Notes under the pieces: model-generated | The model's database searches: none | Told to the model about the DNA's origin: nothing | What the model saw: only the letters and a program-made list of their open reading frames with translations | From: an uncultured archaeon | GTDB taxonomy: Archaea > Asgardarchaeota > Heimdallarchaeia > Heimdallarchaeales > Kariarchaeaceae | DNA: 32,584 nucleotides | NCBI GenBank assembly: GCA_964645535.1 | Contig: CAZYCQ010000012.1 | Span: 31,521-64,104 of the forward strand | Direction: 5' to 3' | In this document: positions 7,694-17,481 of the stretch, in pieces | How the letters are laid out: each line of letters begins with the position of its first letter | How positions within the stretch are numbered: position 1 is the stretch's first letter | Made by a program: the position numbers and the translations under genes

Positions 7694-8644
7694 TTATTTT
7701 TCATTTTCGTAACTCCTGATGTTTTTGCCCACTTTTTCATAAGGGATGGTAAAGGTGAACCCATCAAAGGTAAACAAGGTCTTTGTAATGGCATTTGCCA
7801 ACTGCTTTTCTTTCTTGAAGTTCAACAATTGAGGTCCAATATGTGTCAGAAGTGTAATATCTGCTCTTGCCAACTTGCCTATGGTTGCAGCATCCTTGAC
7901 GGTTGAATGCTCCCTTTCTTGACCTACAAGCTCTTCGTCTGAAGGATATGTGGCCTCATGAATCAAAACATCGCATCCTTTGGCAAACTCCGCAAGTTCC
8001 GGATTGAACTTTGTATCTCCAGAATATACAATTGATCTTCCCTCACGTTCTGGGCCTATGATGTCTTCAGGTCTTACGACAGTTCCATTCTCAAGGACAA
8101 TTGGTTTTCCCAACTTCAGGCTTTTCCGTTCTTTGTTTGGCACATTATATTTATCTAGGATCTCCGCATTCCATTTTCCAGGATATGGGTCTTCCTGCCA
8201 TCTAAAGGAGAGTGCATTATTGAAATGCAATGCTTTCATGGTCAAAAGAGTGTATCCTTTACCCTTGAATTTTTCACCCGGTGAAAGGGTGATCACTTCC
8301 AAAGGATAATCAACTCTTACTTGAAGAGCGACAAGGAGCATTTCAAGGATTTTCTCGAATTTTGGTGGTCCAATGACGGTAACTTTCTCCTTTCTATCCA
8401 AAAGGTTAAGGGATGCAAGAAGTCCTCCAATTCCTTGATAATGGTCGGGATGATTGTGGCTGATGGCAATGGTGATTTCCTTCCTTATGGGAACCTTGAA
8501 TTTTCTGAGGTTGTATTGGGCTCCTTCTCCCACATCAAAAAAAAACACTCCATTTTTGTGCCTAACTGCAATCGAAGATTGAAATCTATTCACTGGGGGT
8601 ATCGCTGCTCCAGTCCCTAGAAACGTAATTATAATGTCATTCAT
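7694..8644 (-). CDS. rnz: Ribonuclease Z (tRNA 3' processing, metallo-beta-lactamase fold)
   Basis: FLGTGAAIP, FDVGEG, SHNHPDH (HxHxDH), exosite segment, YSGDT, DVLIHEATY, HST and LTH motifs. Confidence 0.95.
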   Translation of the reverse strand: MNDIIITFLGTGAAIPPVNRFQSSIAVRHKNGVFFFDVGEGAQYNLRKFKVPIRKEITIAISHNHPDHYQGIGGLLASLNLLDRKEKVTVIGPPKFEKILEMLLVALQVRVDYPLEVITLSPGEKFKGKGYTLLTMKALHFNNALSFRWQEDPYPGKWNAEILDKYNVPNKERKSLKLGKPIVLENGTVVRPEDIIGPEREGRSIVYSGDTKFNPELAEFAKGCDVLIHEATYPSDEELVGQEREHSTVKDAATIGKLARADITLLTHIGPQLLNFKKEKQLANAITKTLFTFDGFTFTIPYEKVGKNIRSYENEK

Positions 8645-9647
8645 TTGATATCAACCTTACTCTCCGAGTCAAATTCTTATGGACGTAAGAATCTGCTTCC
8701 ATTAATATTTTCCATTGTTTCGGCAACTCTGGAAGAAGGTTGTTGGGTAATGCGAAGGCAAGTTCCACCTTTTCGTGGACATTTTTTAACCATTCATGAA
8801 CCAATTGGGCAGGCTGTCGTCCTGAGGTGGTTGTCTGAATTGCATATGGTGGATCGCAGACCATTTTCCTGAAGCTTCCTTTTCTGAATGGAAGGTGAAA
8901 GGCATCTCCCATGACAAGTTGGGCAATCTGATCATACCCAATATGCTTAAAATTCTCTTGCGCTTGGCGGACGATCCTCCTATCTAGCTCAATGCCAACG
9001 GGAGAAGCTTCAATATCGACTAATTCCAATAATAGTCCACCATGGCCGCAGAATGGATCTAAAACCCATTCCCCTGGTTCAGGAATTACTAAATTAGCCA
9101 TCATGCGTGCAAAAACTGGCTTCATTGCGCCTCCACGAAAATGAGGAAGGTTTTTCGGTGCTTTCCAGTTGTAATCCTTTCCTTTTTGTACCATTAGCAA
9201 TTCTGCCAGGATAATTCCTCCTTCCCACAACACGATATGGATGGATATGGCCGGGTTTTTCAAATCCACCTTCCAGCCTGGGTTTCTCATTAAAAAGGCA
9301 CTTCCCACCTCTTTTTCAATTTCTGATGTTTTTAGTTCTTCAAAGCATGGTTTATCTAATCTCTTTGCTTTAACGGCAAAGGTCTTTTTTTTTGGATGTT
9401 GATCGAATTTCTCCAATGCAATCCCTATTTTGTCTATATCATAGGTCTTCCATTCTTCATGAACCCTGAACACTAACCTAGCTGCTCCACTTTTTCTAGC
9501 CTTTTTGAGAATGGCATTGAGGTTTCCCTCAACTGTGAAAATATGGTTGTTTTTCCATCTTATCTTGTCCCCGAACAACCTTATGGTTTCGTTCCTTGCC
9601 AAAGAGGGATGCTCTTGGGATAGGCTTACTAGGAATAGCTCCATCAA
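8637..9647 (-). CDS. trm11: THUMP-domain tRNA (guanine-10, N2) methyltransferase, Trm11/TrmG10 family
   Basis: THUMP (TFAVKAKR...VDLKNP), AMKPVFARMMANL, VLDPFCGHGG and DPPY motifs. Overlaps the rnz start by 8 nt. Confidence 0.88.
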   Translation of the reverse strand: MMELFLVSLSQEHPSLARNETIRLFGDKIRWKNNHIFTVEGNLNAILKKARKSGAARLVFRVHEEWKTYDIDKIGIALEKFDQHPKKKTFAVKAKRLDKPCFEELKTSEIEKEVGSAFLMRNPGWKVDLKNPAISIHIVLWEGGIILAELLMVQKGKDYNWKAPKNLPHFRGGAMKPVFARMMANLVIPEPGEWVLDPFCGHGGLLLELVDIEASPVGIELDRRIVRQAQENFKHIGYDQIAQLVMGDAFHLPFRKGSFRKMVCDPPYAIQTTTSGRQPAQLVHEWLKNVHEKVELAFALPNNLLPELPKQWKILMEADSYVHKNLTRRVRLISNE

Positions 9648-9689
9648 GTCTCATTACCACAATAATCTTGGCTTACTAAAAGGATGGGT

Positions 9690-10589
9690 TCAAGTCTCTT
9701 TGGCAATGAGAAAATGGACGATGTCCTCAGCTATATCAATCTTCGAAATGGGAGAGGGAACTGTCGTTGTTGCAGCCACTGCTCCGTTTCCCATCTCAAT
9801 CATTTGATCGACTGAATCTGTTCCAAAAGCATGAGAGACCATTACTATTACCCTTTGCACTCCTTCAAATTTGAGGTGGTTAATAACCTGTACCAATGAT
9901 CTTCCCGTAGCCATGATATCATCAATCAAAATCACATTGTCCTTCAGTTCAGAAAGTCCTGCATCTCCGATTAATGAAACATCTCCCGTTTCAGGGTCTC
10001 TATGCTTAAGGAAGTAATTGTAGTTTACCCCTAGCTCTCGAGCCAAGGCTTCGGCTCTGTACTTTGCTCCTTTGTCTGGCGCTAGTACAATCCAATTTTG
10101 ATCGATATTCGCATTTGTTTTCACAAATGTCGCCATTGATTTAGTTGGAAGGAGATTCGTGACCTTAAGTGAACTGGGGCTTAGGCTGATAACCTCTGGA
10201 TTATGGATGTCAATTGTAATTAACTCCCTGATGCCCGAAGCATTGGCCAAATGGAAAACTGTTTGAATGCTGACTGCTTCTCCACCTAATATTTCCCGAT
10301 CTGCTCTTGCATAGCAAAGATAGGGTGTGACTGCCCGAATGTCTGTAATCCCTCTTTTTTTGAGTGTGAACGCAAGATTAAGCAAATTGAACAGGTGGGT
10401 TTCTTGAGGCTGGTAAAGCGATTGGACAAGGATGACTGAATCATCATCAAATTCCGGAATGCGGATGTATGTTTCACCATCCGGAAATCTTCTGATGATT
10501 GGTTGAACGATCGGAAAGTTAAGACTTTCATGAAGTGAATCTGCAAGATTTCTTCCGGTTTCTAAAGGGATGATAGTTGTCACAATCAA
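9690..10589 (-). CDS. prs: Ribose-phosphate pyrophosphokinase (archaeal-type PRPP synthetase)
   Basis: RFPDGETYIRI, PYLCYARADR, TIDIH, LAPDKGA, KHR and the PRPP-binding loop VILIDDIMATGRS. Confidence 0.95.
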   Translation of the reverse strand: MIVTTIIPLETGRNLADSLHESLNFPIVQPIIRRFPDGETYIRIPEFDDDSVILVQSLYQPQETHLFNLLNLAFTLKKRGITDIRAVTPYLCYARADREILGGEAVSIQTVFHLANASGIRELITIDIHNPEVISLSPSSLKVTNLLPTKSMATFVKTNANIDQNWIVLAPDKGAKYRAEALARELGVNYNYFLKHRDPETGDVSLIGDAGLSELKDNVILIDDIMATGRSLVQVINHLKFEGVQRVIVMVSHAFGTDSVDQMIEMGNGAVAATTTVPSPISKIDIAEDIVHFLIAKET

Positions 10590-10685
10590 GTTGAATTGAG
10601 AAACTGATTACATAAATCCAATGGTATGAATAATTGTTTCTGCATTTAGCTAAACCTTTTTACGAAATCTCCATTCAAGGAAGTC

Positions 10686-11765
10686 GTGTTAACTGATCTT
10701 GCTCACACCTATCCAGAAGAAGACAAAAGAGGCAAATTTCTCTTGGATCTTGGTCGTTATCTGCAAACCCTTTCAGAGGATGATATAGTATTCGCCACAC
10801 ATGCTCATTGTACTGACGGAATGGTTGCCGCCTCCATGATACGTTATGCTTTTCCCCATGCCAAAATAGTTCCGATTGGGTATTGGTTTCTCAATGATCC
10901 TCTAGCTTCTTCACTCAAAAAGATCAAATATACAGGAATTATCGACCTTGCGCCATTCAATGAGCTTCCCACAGAATTTTGGGTAGATCACCATCTTTCT
11001 GCAATGAACAACCGAATCAATGCAAAAAAGATTAGATTTGATGTTGACGGAGATTCAGGATCATATCAACTTCTTCTAAGTGGTTTCCTTCCTGAGCTTC
11101 CTGATTATCTCATTGAGCTGGCAGTTCTGACTAGAATAACGGACACGGCAAGCTATACCATACTTCCCCCTTATGAACCAGAAGAATCATTTACTGAACT
11201 TCTCCAATATCCTTTTTCTTATATCGATGACCTATCTAAGGTTGAACTTCAAATCCAGCGAAAGGCTTACCTTCTTGATGATGCAGTGGCTACCTCCTTT
11301 GATTTTTGGGAGTGGCAGAATCTTGTAAATGAATTTGCATCTTCTGGATTTAACGCAATTTCCAATAGACTGGACAAGATCAAAGAAATACGAGATGGAA
11401 GAAAGGTTGCCTTCAATATGGTAAAGGAAATGCCTATTTCTGATTTCGTAGCATTCATTGTTCCAGACGAAAAATATGATGTTTTTGCAATTCGCAGGTA
11501 TCTTTTGGCAAAAGGGCCTAAAGCAGTCGTTTCCCTTACGGAAGGGCATAATGGCTATCGCATCTCGTTAAGAAGAGCAAAAAATCTTTCTCCGGAATTT
11601 TCTTCCAAAATCCAATTGAACCAACTTGCAGAACAATTGAATGGTGGAGGACATGCAGCCGCATCTGGAGGCTTTTCTAAAGATTTGGAATATGCAATTG
11701 ATACCATGCGAAATTGGGCTGAGGAAAAAGGACTTAAATTTATCCAAATTGATTTGAGAGGCTAA
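10686..11765 (+). CDS. DHH/DHHA1 family phosphoesterase (NrnA/oligoribonuclease-like)
   Basis: THAHCTDG (motif I), IIDL (II), WVDHH (III), ITDT (IV), ISLR and GGGHAAASGG (DHHA1). All catalytic motifs are intact. Confidence 0.88.
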   Translation: MLTDLAHTYPEEDKRGKFLLDLGRYLQTLSEDDIVFATHAHCTDGMVAASMIRYAFPHAKIVPIGYWFLNDPLASSLKKIKYTGIIDLAPFNELPTEFWVDHHLSAMNNRINAKKIRFDVDGDSGSYQLLLSGFLPELPDYLIELAVLTRITDTASYTILPPYEPEESFTELLQYPFSYIDDLSKVELQIQRKAYLLDDAVATSFDFWEWQNLVNEFASSGFNAISNRLDKIKEIRDGRKVAFNMVKEMPISDFVAFIVPDEKYDVFAIRRYLLAKGPKAVVSLTEGHNGYRISLRRAKNLSPEFSSKIQLNQLAEQLNGGGHAAASGGFSKDLEYAIDTMRNWAEEKGLKFIQIDLRG

Positions 11766-11823
11766 TTTCAAAAAAACTTGCCCTGAGCCAAAAGGGATTA
11801 AAACCCCCTGTAAACGTGTCATT

Positions 11824-13473
11824 GTGGATTCTTCCTCGGTTATCGATCTAATAACAAAAAACCAACAGTCTCTGACTTTCAAACCCTCTGTTTCCGCCAT
11901 TTTCTATAAGATGCTTGGCTTGACATTAGGGATATTTTTTATTTTCTCTAGTTTAGTTGTTGGCTTTCTTTTCCAAACACCTCAATACGCCCAATTTTTC
12001 TTCAAAGAAGGTATTTCTTTCCTTTTTTTGGGAATCTTCAGTTTTCTTGCAAGCTTTCGTTTCTTTCGACTTCCATTTGGGAGCTTGTCTATTACTCCTG
12101 AGGGAATTATCTACCGGAAGGCATTAATCAAGAACATTTATTTTCCTTTTGAGGAATTGAAACTTGTTGAAGTAACTGAAAACTCGTCTGTTTTCTCCTT
12201 TCTTTTAGGTACCAGATATGAGATCAATATATTTACCTTGAACCATTCACTCTCCCTTAGCTCGCGGTACTTCACAAATGGTGCCAAACTACAAGAAATT
12301 GCGTCTTTATTGAGCATATTCTATGATGATTCCCTGATCCGATTTTTCACCAAAAGGAAGCGCCAACCTATATTCCGGAAATTGATTACAGATCCCGGCG
12401 GGTTTGTAGGATTTGCTTTAATGCTTGTCATTCTGTTCTTTTATTTGTGGGGAGCGTTTTCCCATATTGTTTTCCCTCCCTTTAATTTCTCAGTTCCCAA
12501 GGCCGGCATTCTCAAAAATCCTACCTATCAATTTGCTTTCGATGACCGATATCGCGAACTTGCTATTGATCGCCCTCCAGATTCTGAATTCTGGTTTGGT
12601 ACCGATTTCGTTGGAAGGGACATTTTTTCAAGGTTGGTTTATTCAACATTCTATACAATTACAGTTGTATTCATAGGTGCCCTAATCCCGACAGTTATTG
12701 GTTCATCTCTGGGTATTCTTTCAGGGTTCTTTGGAGGGCCAACAGATAAAGTTCTCCAATCCTTGGCGGATTCGCTTATGCTGATCCCTCCTTTTGCTTT
12801 GTGGATGTTTGCAATAGCCCTTCCAAGGGATCTGTTCAAATTCGACCTTTTTGGGAACCCTCAATTGCATTTTGAATATACACTTCCTGGTGCATTTTAT
12901 TTTCAGGCCTTTGTCATTTTAGGAGGACTTTATTGGGCTATGCCATTTCGGGTGGTACGACAAGAGGTTCTATCAATAAAGGAGGAAGAGTTTGTTCAAG
13001 TGCAATTCGTTCTTGGATCTTCAAATTTTCGGATACTTCGCAAACATATCATTCCCAATCTCCTCCCTCCGATTATTATTATGCTTCTGACATTATTCAT
13101 TGAATTCATTGTGGTGGCCGTTTCAATCTCCATCGCAATAGGGCTTGAAGGGGATCTTATTTGGGGCTCTGACATTAGTAGACGATTGGATCCGGGCTAC
13201 TATAAGCAGACTTTGGAAGACTATTTCCTTTTATGGTCGACCTTATGGATCGGTACAACCATTTTCGGGCTCTCCCTCTTTACGGATGCCTTAAAGGATG
13301 CCTTGGATCCGACAGCACGAACCTTTGAACCTGAAAACATCAAGAAAATTCCTCCTGCCGAGCTTAACGATGAAGAACGGATCATTCTTTCCAAGGCGGT
13401 TGAGATGGTGTTAAAGGGGGAAAAACTTGTTTCATTGACTGATCCTTTACTTATGGAGGTGACCGAAAAATGA
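11824..13473 (+). CDS. Oligopeptide/nickel-type ABC permease (OppC/DppC family) fused to an N-terminal 2TM + PH-like domain
   Basis: FWFGTDFVGRDIFSRL, EAA-like loop EEEFVQVQFVLGSSNFRILRKHIIPN and DALKDALDP. It carries an extra ~180 aa N-terminal region with LSITPEGIIYR...FPFEELKLVEV. Confidence 0.85.
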   Translation: MDSSSVIDLITKNQQSLTFKPSVSAIFYKMLGLTLGIFFIFSSLVVGFLFQTPQYAQFFFKEGISFLFLGIFSFLASFRFFRLPFGSLSITPEGIIYRKALIKNIYFPFEELKLVEVTENSSVFSFLLGTRYEINIFTLNHSLSLSSRYFTNGAKLQEIASLLSIFYDDSLIRFFTKRKRQPIFRKLITDPGGFVGFALMLVILFFYLWGAFSHIVFPPFNFSVPKAGILKNPTYQFAFDDRYRELAIDRPPDSEFWFGTDFVGRDIFSRLVYSTFYTITVVFIGALIPTVIGSSLGILSGFFGGPTDKVLQSLADSLMLIPPFALWMFAIALPRDLFKFDLFGNPQLHFEYTLPGAFYFQAFVILGGLYWAMPFRVVRQEVLSIKEEEFVQVQFVLGSSNFRILRKHIIPNLLPPIIIMLLTLFIEFIVVAVSISIAIGLEGDLIWGSDISRRLDPGYYKQTLEDYFLLWSTLWIGTTIFGLSLFTDALKDALDPTARTFEPENIKKIPPAELNDEERIILSKAVEMVLKGEKLVSLTDPLLMEVTEK

Positions 13474-14579
13474 GACTATGGTTATACATTCTCTTTAGAA
13501 TACTTTTCATGGGAATCCAGTTGTTTGGAATTTCAATACTGCTATTTCTTATCTATGCATTCATGAACTATGATCCTGCTCTTGTTCATAATTTTCTTGC
13601 GCCTCCTGAAATCCGTGATCAACTGATAAAGAATGAACAGGAATTATTGGGCACGGGTATCCCCTATGATCAGCAATTCTGGAATTTCTGGCGGGGTTTG
13701 GTTTTTGGTGACTGTGAAACTATGGGGGAGGTTTTTTCCAAAGGTGCATCATGCAACCACACGTTTGGAGTGGGATGGGAAGGCGAAGCCTTCGGCAGAC
13801 CTATTGATGGTTTAATCATTGAGGGGACATTCAATACGATGGTTCTCTTTCTTTTCTCCTTCCTAATTTTTGTAATTGTTGGAATCTCTGCTGGTATTGC
13901 CGCAGGGCTCAAGCCAAATGGACTTTTGGATTTCTCAATCCGTATAATTGCCAATCTTTTTGTTTCTGTTCCTTCGATCATCTTTGCAATCTATGCGCTC
14001 AGGATTTCACTTGATCCATCAGTCGGTCTTCTCAGCAGAGATTTTTCAAACAGGCATGAAATCCAAAAACTGAATTTTTACAGTTACTTCCGTGATCTAC
14101 AAACATCTATTCGCATAGATGCCTTGGGTTCTGATCAATTTGCATACAAGGGTATAGAGGGTGTTGAAAAGTTCTGGATTCCTGTCATGGTTTCCGGGTT
14201 AATCTCCTCGGTTTTCCTCTTTCGATTGGTAAGGGGTCTCATCCTCAAAGAAACCCGTATGCTTTATGTCCGGACGGCAAAAGCCAAAGGATTGACACCA
14301 CGTCAAGTAATTGTCCGTCATATTTTCCCCAACATCTTCCCAAAAATTCTGAATGCAATTGCTGTTACGATACCTGCCGCAATTACAACAACGGCGATGG
14401 TTGAATTCGTATTCGACTTCAGAGGGTTGGCTAGGTTGATGGTGGTTTCGGCTCGGGTTGTTGACATTCCGGTTTTATTGGCGGGGTCATTAGTTCTTTC
14501 TTTTCTTACGATGATTATTGTCATTATCTTAGATGTAGGTAGCATTATGCTTGATCCTAGGAGGAGGTTAAATGAGTAA
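13470..14579 (+). CDS. Oligopeptide/nickel-type ABC permease (OppB/DppB family)
   Basis: YILFRI...DPA N-terminus, EAA loop YVRTAKAKGLTPRQVIVRHIFPN, VEFVFDFRGL and C-terminal LDPR. ATGA overlap with the upstream gene. Confidence 0.9.
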   Translation: MRLWLYILFRILFMGIQLFGISILLFLIYAFMNYDPALVHNFLAPPEIRDQLIKNEQELLGTGIPYDQQFWNFWRGLVFGDCETMGEVFSKGASCNHTFGVGWEGEAFGRPIDGLIIEGTFNTMVLFLFSFLIFVIVGISAGIAAGLKPNGLLDFSIRIIANLFVSVPSIIFAIYALRISLDPSVGLLSRDFSNRHEIQKLNFYSYFRDLQTSIRIDALGSDQFAYKGIEGVEKFWIPVMVSGLISSVFLFRLVRGLILKETRMLYVRTAKAKGLTPRQVIVRHIFPNIFPKILNAIAVTIPAAITTTAMVEFVFDFRGLARLMVVSARVVDIPVLLAGSLVLSFLTMIIVIILDVGSIMLDPRRRLNE

Positions 14580-15150
14580 TCGATACAAGATCGCATTGCA
14601 CAATTTCCAATATCTGGATGGGATTGCTTTATCCTTGTTCCTAACCACTGTTATAGGCTATTTCCTTCCATTTGCAGAAATCACCGCCTCCTCAAATTTA
14701 GGATCAAAGGAATATCGAGTCTATCTTTTTAAAATTGAAACTACAGATGGAAAATTAGGTGAAATCTCCGACATATTGATGTTCTTTTCTTTGTTGGTGC
14801 TAGGAACCTCCGCGCTTTATCTCGTTCTGCAAGTCACTCCCTTTGGAGAAGGGTTTATCCCAAAGTTCTTGGTCACTTGGTCTTCAATTTTCTTCCTCTT
14901 CCAAGTCTTCCTCGTTTCATCTAATATTGACAGTTTGTTCCATGAACCATGGTATCTTTCTCAGGGTCAATTTTCCTATTTCCAATCGATCTATACGGTT
15001 ACTGTCTCTTTCGCATTCACCTATTACATCACTTGGGTCACTGTTTTTGTCATACTATTTACACCATTTAAGGGATTTTTTGTCTCCACTGCAAGGCTTG
15101 TTTTGAAATTTATCTCGAAGAGGAAAAATCCAGAAGGCATAGTCACATAG
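14572..15150 (+). CDS. Four-TM membrane protein of unknown function
   Basis: Four hydrophobic segments with a beta-rich loop after TM1. Overlaps the upstream stop by 8 nt, consistent with the same operon. Confidence 0.7.
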   Translation: MSNRYKIALHNFQYLDGIALSLFLTTVIGYFLPFAEITASSNLGSKEYRVYLFKIETTDGKLGEISDILMFFSLLVLGTSALYLVLQVTPFGEGFIPKFLVTWSSIFFLFQVFLVSSNIDSLFHEPWYLSQGQFSYFQSIYTVTVSFAFTYYITWVTVFVILFTPFKGFFVSTARLVLKFISKRKNPEGIVT

Positions 15151-15323
15151 TTGATCAAAGCCGTCTGATTGAATATCTGTATGAATCACATGAATGTTGA
15201 ACAATTCATTTTTTTTCTAGTGTACATAATGGTGAAACTCTTAATATAGTTGAACCAAAAGCGGATAGCAATCACTCGCCATTTAGCGAAGGAAAGTCAA
15301 CTTAATTTAAGGAGAACGATTAA

Positions 15324-17420
15324 ATGCGAAGAAGATGCACTACTTGTGATGGCAAAGGCTATATCGAGCACGTAACGACATGTGATAAATGTGGAGGGTT
15401 TGGCACTACCAAATTCACCGAGGGTCCTGGTTCAAAGAACGAGAAAAGTGCCAAATGCCCCGAATGTAATGGTGCTGGGAAATTCATAGAAAAAGAAATC
15501 TGTCCAGATGATTGCGATAATGGTTATCTTTACTACTGCGATTTCTGTGGAAAAGAAATTGGTGAAAACGACGATAACGTCTGTGAAACCTGCAAAGAAG
15601 ATCCATATGTGATCCGATTCATCAGACCAATTGCCAAGGAATATCTTAACCAAAAAAGAGCTGTCGCAGCTGTGGTTACAAAAGTAGATCGTGATACGGT
15701 TCATGTTGATCTCGGAGCTGGTCTTAAGGGTCGTTTCAAGACAGGTCAATCAAGAATCTTCCGACCTGGACAACTGTTGCCCGTTCAAATCAAGAAACAA
15801 GTTGATCCCAACAAAGATTGGCTTTACTATGTCGTTCCGGTCAGACAGAAAAACTTCAAAATCAAAGTTGTTCATGCTGAGGTTCCACCTCGATCTATTG
15901 CAGAGTTCAAAGCAAAGGGTGTTGATCATGTTACTGGGAAGTTCATTGGCCAAATTGTCCACGTCAAACGGTTGAGAAAGGGACCTTCATTCTTTACTCT
16001 ATTGGATTCTTCTGGTGAAACGATTGTTGGAACAGCATTTGGCATGGGTGGACGCCCAGCCTATCCAAAATATGACCGGGGTGCAATTGTTGAGGTTATT
16101 GGGGAGATGACTCTTTACAAGGGTCAAGAGAGATTTTCAATTCACTCATTCAAGCCAGTTCCTTACGAAGAAAGGCAAAAACTCTATCGAGAACTTGCTG
16201 AAGTGGTTTTGAGGAAGAACAAAAAGATACAGGATCTTGAACTTTCTGTCCAGACAGAGAATTTCAAAAAATTCGAAGGCGAAATCAAAGAAGCTGCGGT
16301 TATGATACGTGAGGCAATCATCTCTGGAAGAAACGTCATGCTAAAGTATAACTCATCAAGCGTTGATTCCACGGTTGCAGCATATTCCCTTGATTTTGCA
16401 CTTAGGGGATTTCTCCGTTCCAGAGGAAAGAAAGCAAGTGAATTCCGCCACTTCATTCGAAGAATGCCTTTGAAGGGCAATGTATATGAGACTGCAGATA
16501 TCATGAGGGATGTCTCTTTCATCTTGGACGGTCCTGTTCCCGGTGACAGAATGCCTTTGGTAGTTCTTCTGAACGCAGGCTTTTCGAAGGAATCACTTCC
16601 TGCATATGCTTTTGCAGAAATCTACGACCTTCCTGTTATCTCGGTGTCTCATTTGGGTTCCGATCCTGAAGTCAGAGAAAAGGTGCATCTCGTGGGTGCA
16701 GAGAATAGAGTTCACGAAACAAACATTTCAGTTTCTATGCTTGCTTATGAAATTTCCCGATTTGTCTTGGCTGAATATGATTTCAATTTCCAATACCTAC
16801 CCCTCATTGGAGCAACACATACTCGTGCCGAAGGAGAAGAATATGCAAAATACCTTGAAATGCTTAATGCCAACGAAGAGGCAATTATGGATGAAACCGG
16901 GGTCAAGACAGCAGCTACCGCATTGGAATATGTTCTGTTCGGTTTGAGGTTCAGTGATGGTGGCGAAACAATCAGGGATCTACTAGGTATTGGAAGACGA
17001 CGTGAAAGTGGTCTTGATTTAGCAAAATCATTGGCAACCTTGGCAAATGAGACTACAGAAACGGCCGTCAAGGTGATCAAGGAATATGCAACCGTTGAAG
17101 AGATAGGGTCATTGAATGTCCATTTCCTTGACTTGGAGAAATATGCCCCGCGTTTTGAATTCCCATCTCATGGCGGTTTGGTAACTGCATTCCATGATAC
17201 CTTGGAAGGTGAGGCAATGACTGTCGGTGTCGGATATGACTATCTGATTCTACGTATTTCAAGTGAAAATCTTGATTTCGACAAGATCCTCCAAGGTCTC
17301 AAAGAAAAGCTACCCAATGCCATGATCCAAGGGGGCGGCTATGAATCCGTCGGAAGCATAAAATTCTTACATGGTCTCCAAAGCGAAGTTCTGACCGCTC
17401 TTAAGGAATTGATCGCTTAG
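15324..17420 (+). CDS. Archaea-specific RecJ-like protein (COG1107: DnaJ-type Zn finger, S1/OB folds, DHH/DHHA1), catalytic motifs degenerate
   Basis: CxxCxGxG repeats (CTTCDGKG, CDKCGGFG, CPECNGAG), an S1-like domain, OB fold with TAFGMGGRPAYP, and C-terminal IQGGGYESVGSIKF. AAGGAG SD upstream. Confidence 0.88.
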   Translation: MRRRCTTCDGKGYIEHVTTCDKCGGFGTTKFTEGPGSKNEKSAKCPECNGAGKFIEKEICPDDCDNGYLYYCDFCGKEIGENDDNVCETCKEDPYVIRFIRPIAKEYLNQKRAVAAVVTKVDRDTVHVDLGAGLKGRFKTGQSRIFRPGQLLPVQIKKQVDPNKDWLYYVVPVRQKNFKIKVVHAEVPPRSIAEFKAKGVDHVTGKFIGQIVHVKRLRKGPSFFTLLDSSGETIVGTAFGMGGRPAYPKYDRGAIVEVIGEMTLYKGQERFSIHSFKPVPYEERQKLYRELAEVVLRKNKKIQDLELSVQTENFKKFEGEIKEAAVMIREAIISGRNVMLKYNSSSVDSTVAAYSLDFALRGFLRSRGKKASEFRHFIRRMPLKGNVYETADIMRDVSFILDGPVPGDRMPLVVLLNAGFSKESLPAYAFAEIYDLPVISVSHLGSDPEVREKVHLVGAENRVHETNISVSMLAYEISRFVLAEYDFNFQYLPLIGATHTRAEGEEYAKYLEMLNANEEAIMDETGVKTAATALEYVLFGLRFSDGGETIRDLLGIGRRRESGLDLAKSLATLANETTETAVKVIKEYATVEEIGSLNVHFLDLEKYAPRFEFPSHGGLVTAFHDTLEGEAMTVGVGYDYLILRISSENLDFDKILQGLKEKLPNAMIQGGGYESVGSIKFLHGLQSEVLTALKELIA

Positions 17421-17481
17421 TCTCTCTTTTCCTCATTCAATAATTGGTAAACTATAATAATCCCTGATTTTTAACATCGAT

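Noticed and set aside
15250-15323. Fluoride-riboswitch-like leader (TCGCCATTTAGCGA) before the RecJ-like gene
   Set aside because: Only a 4-bp hairpin is present, and the consensus pseudoknot elements are missing.
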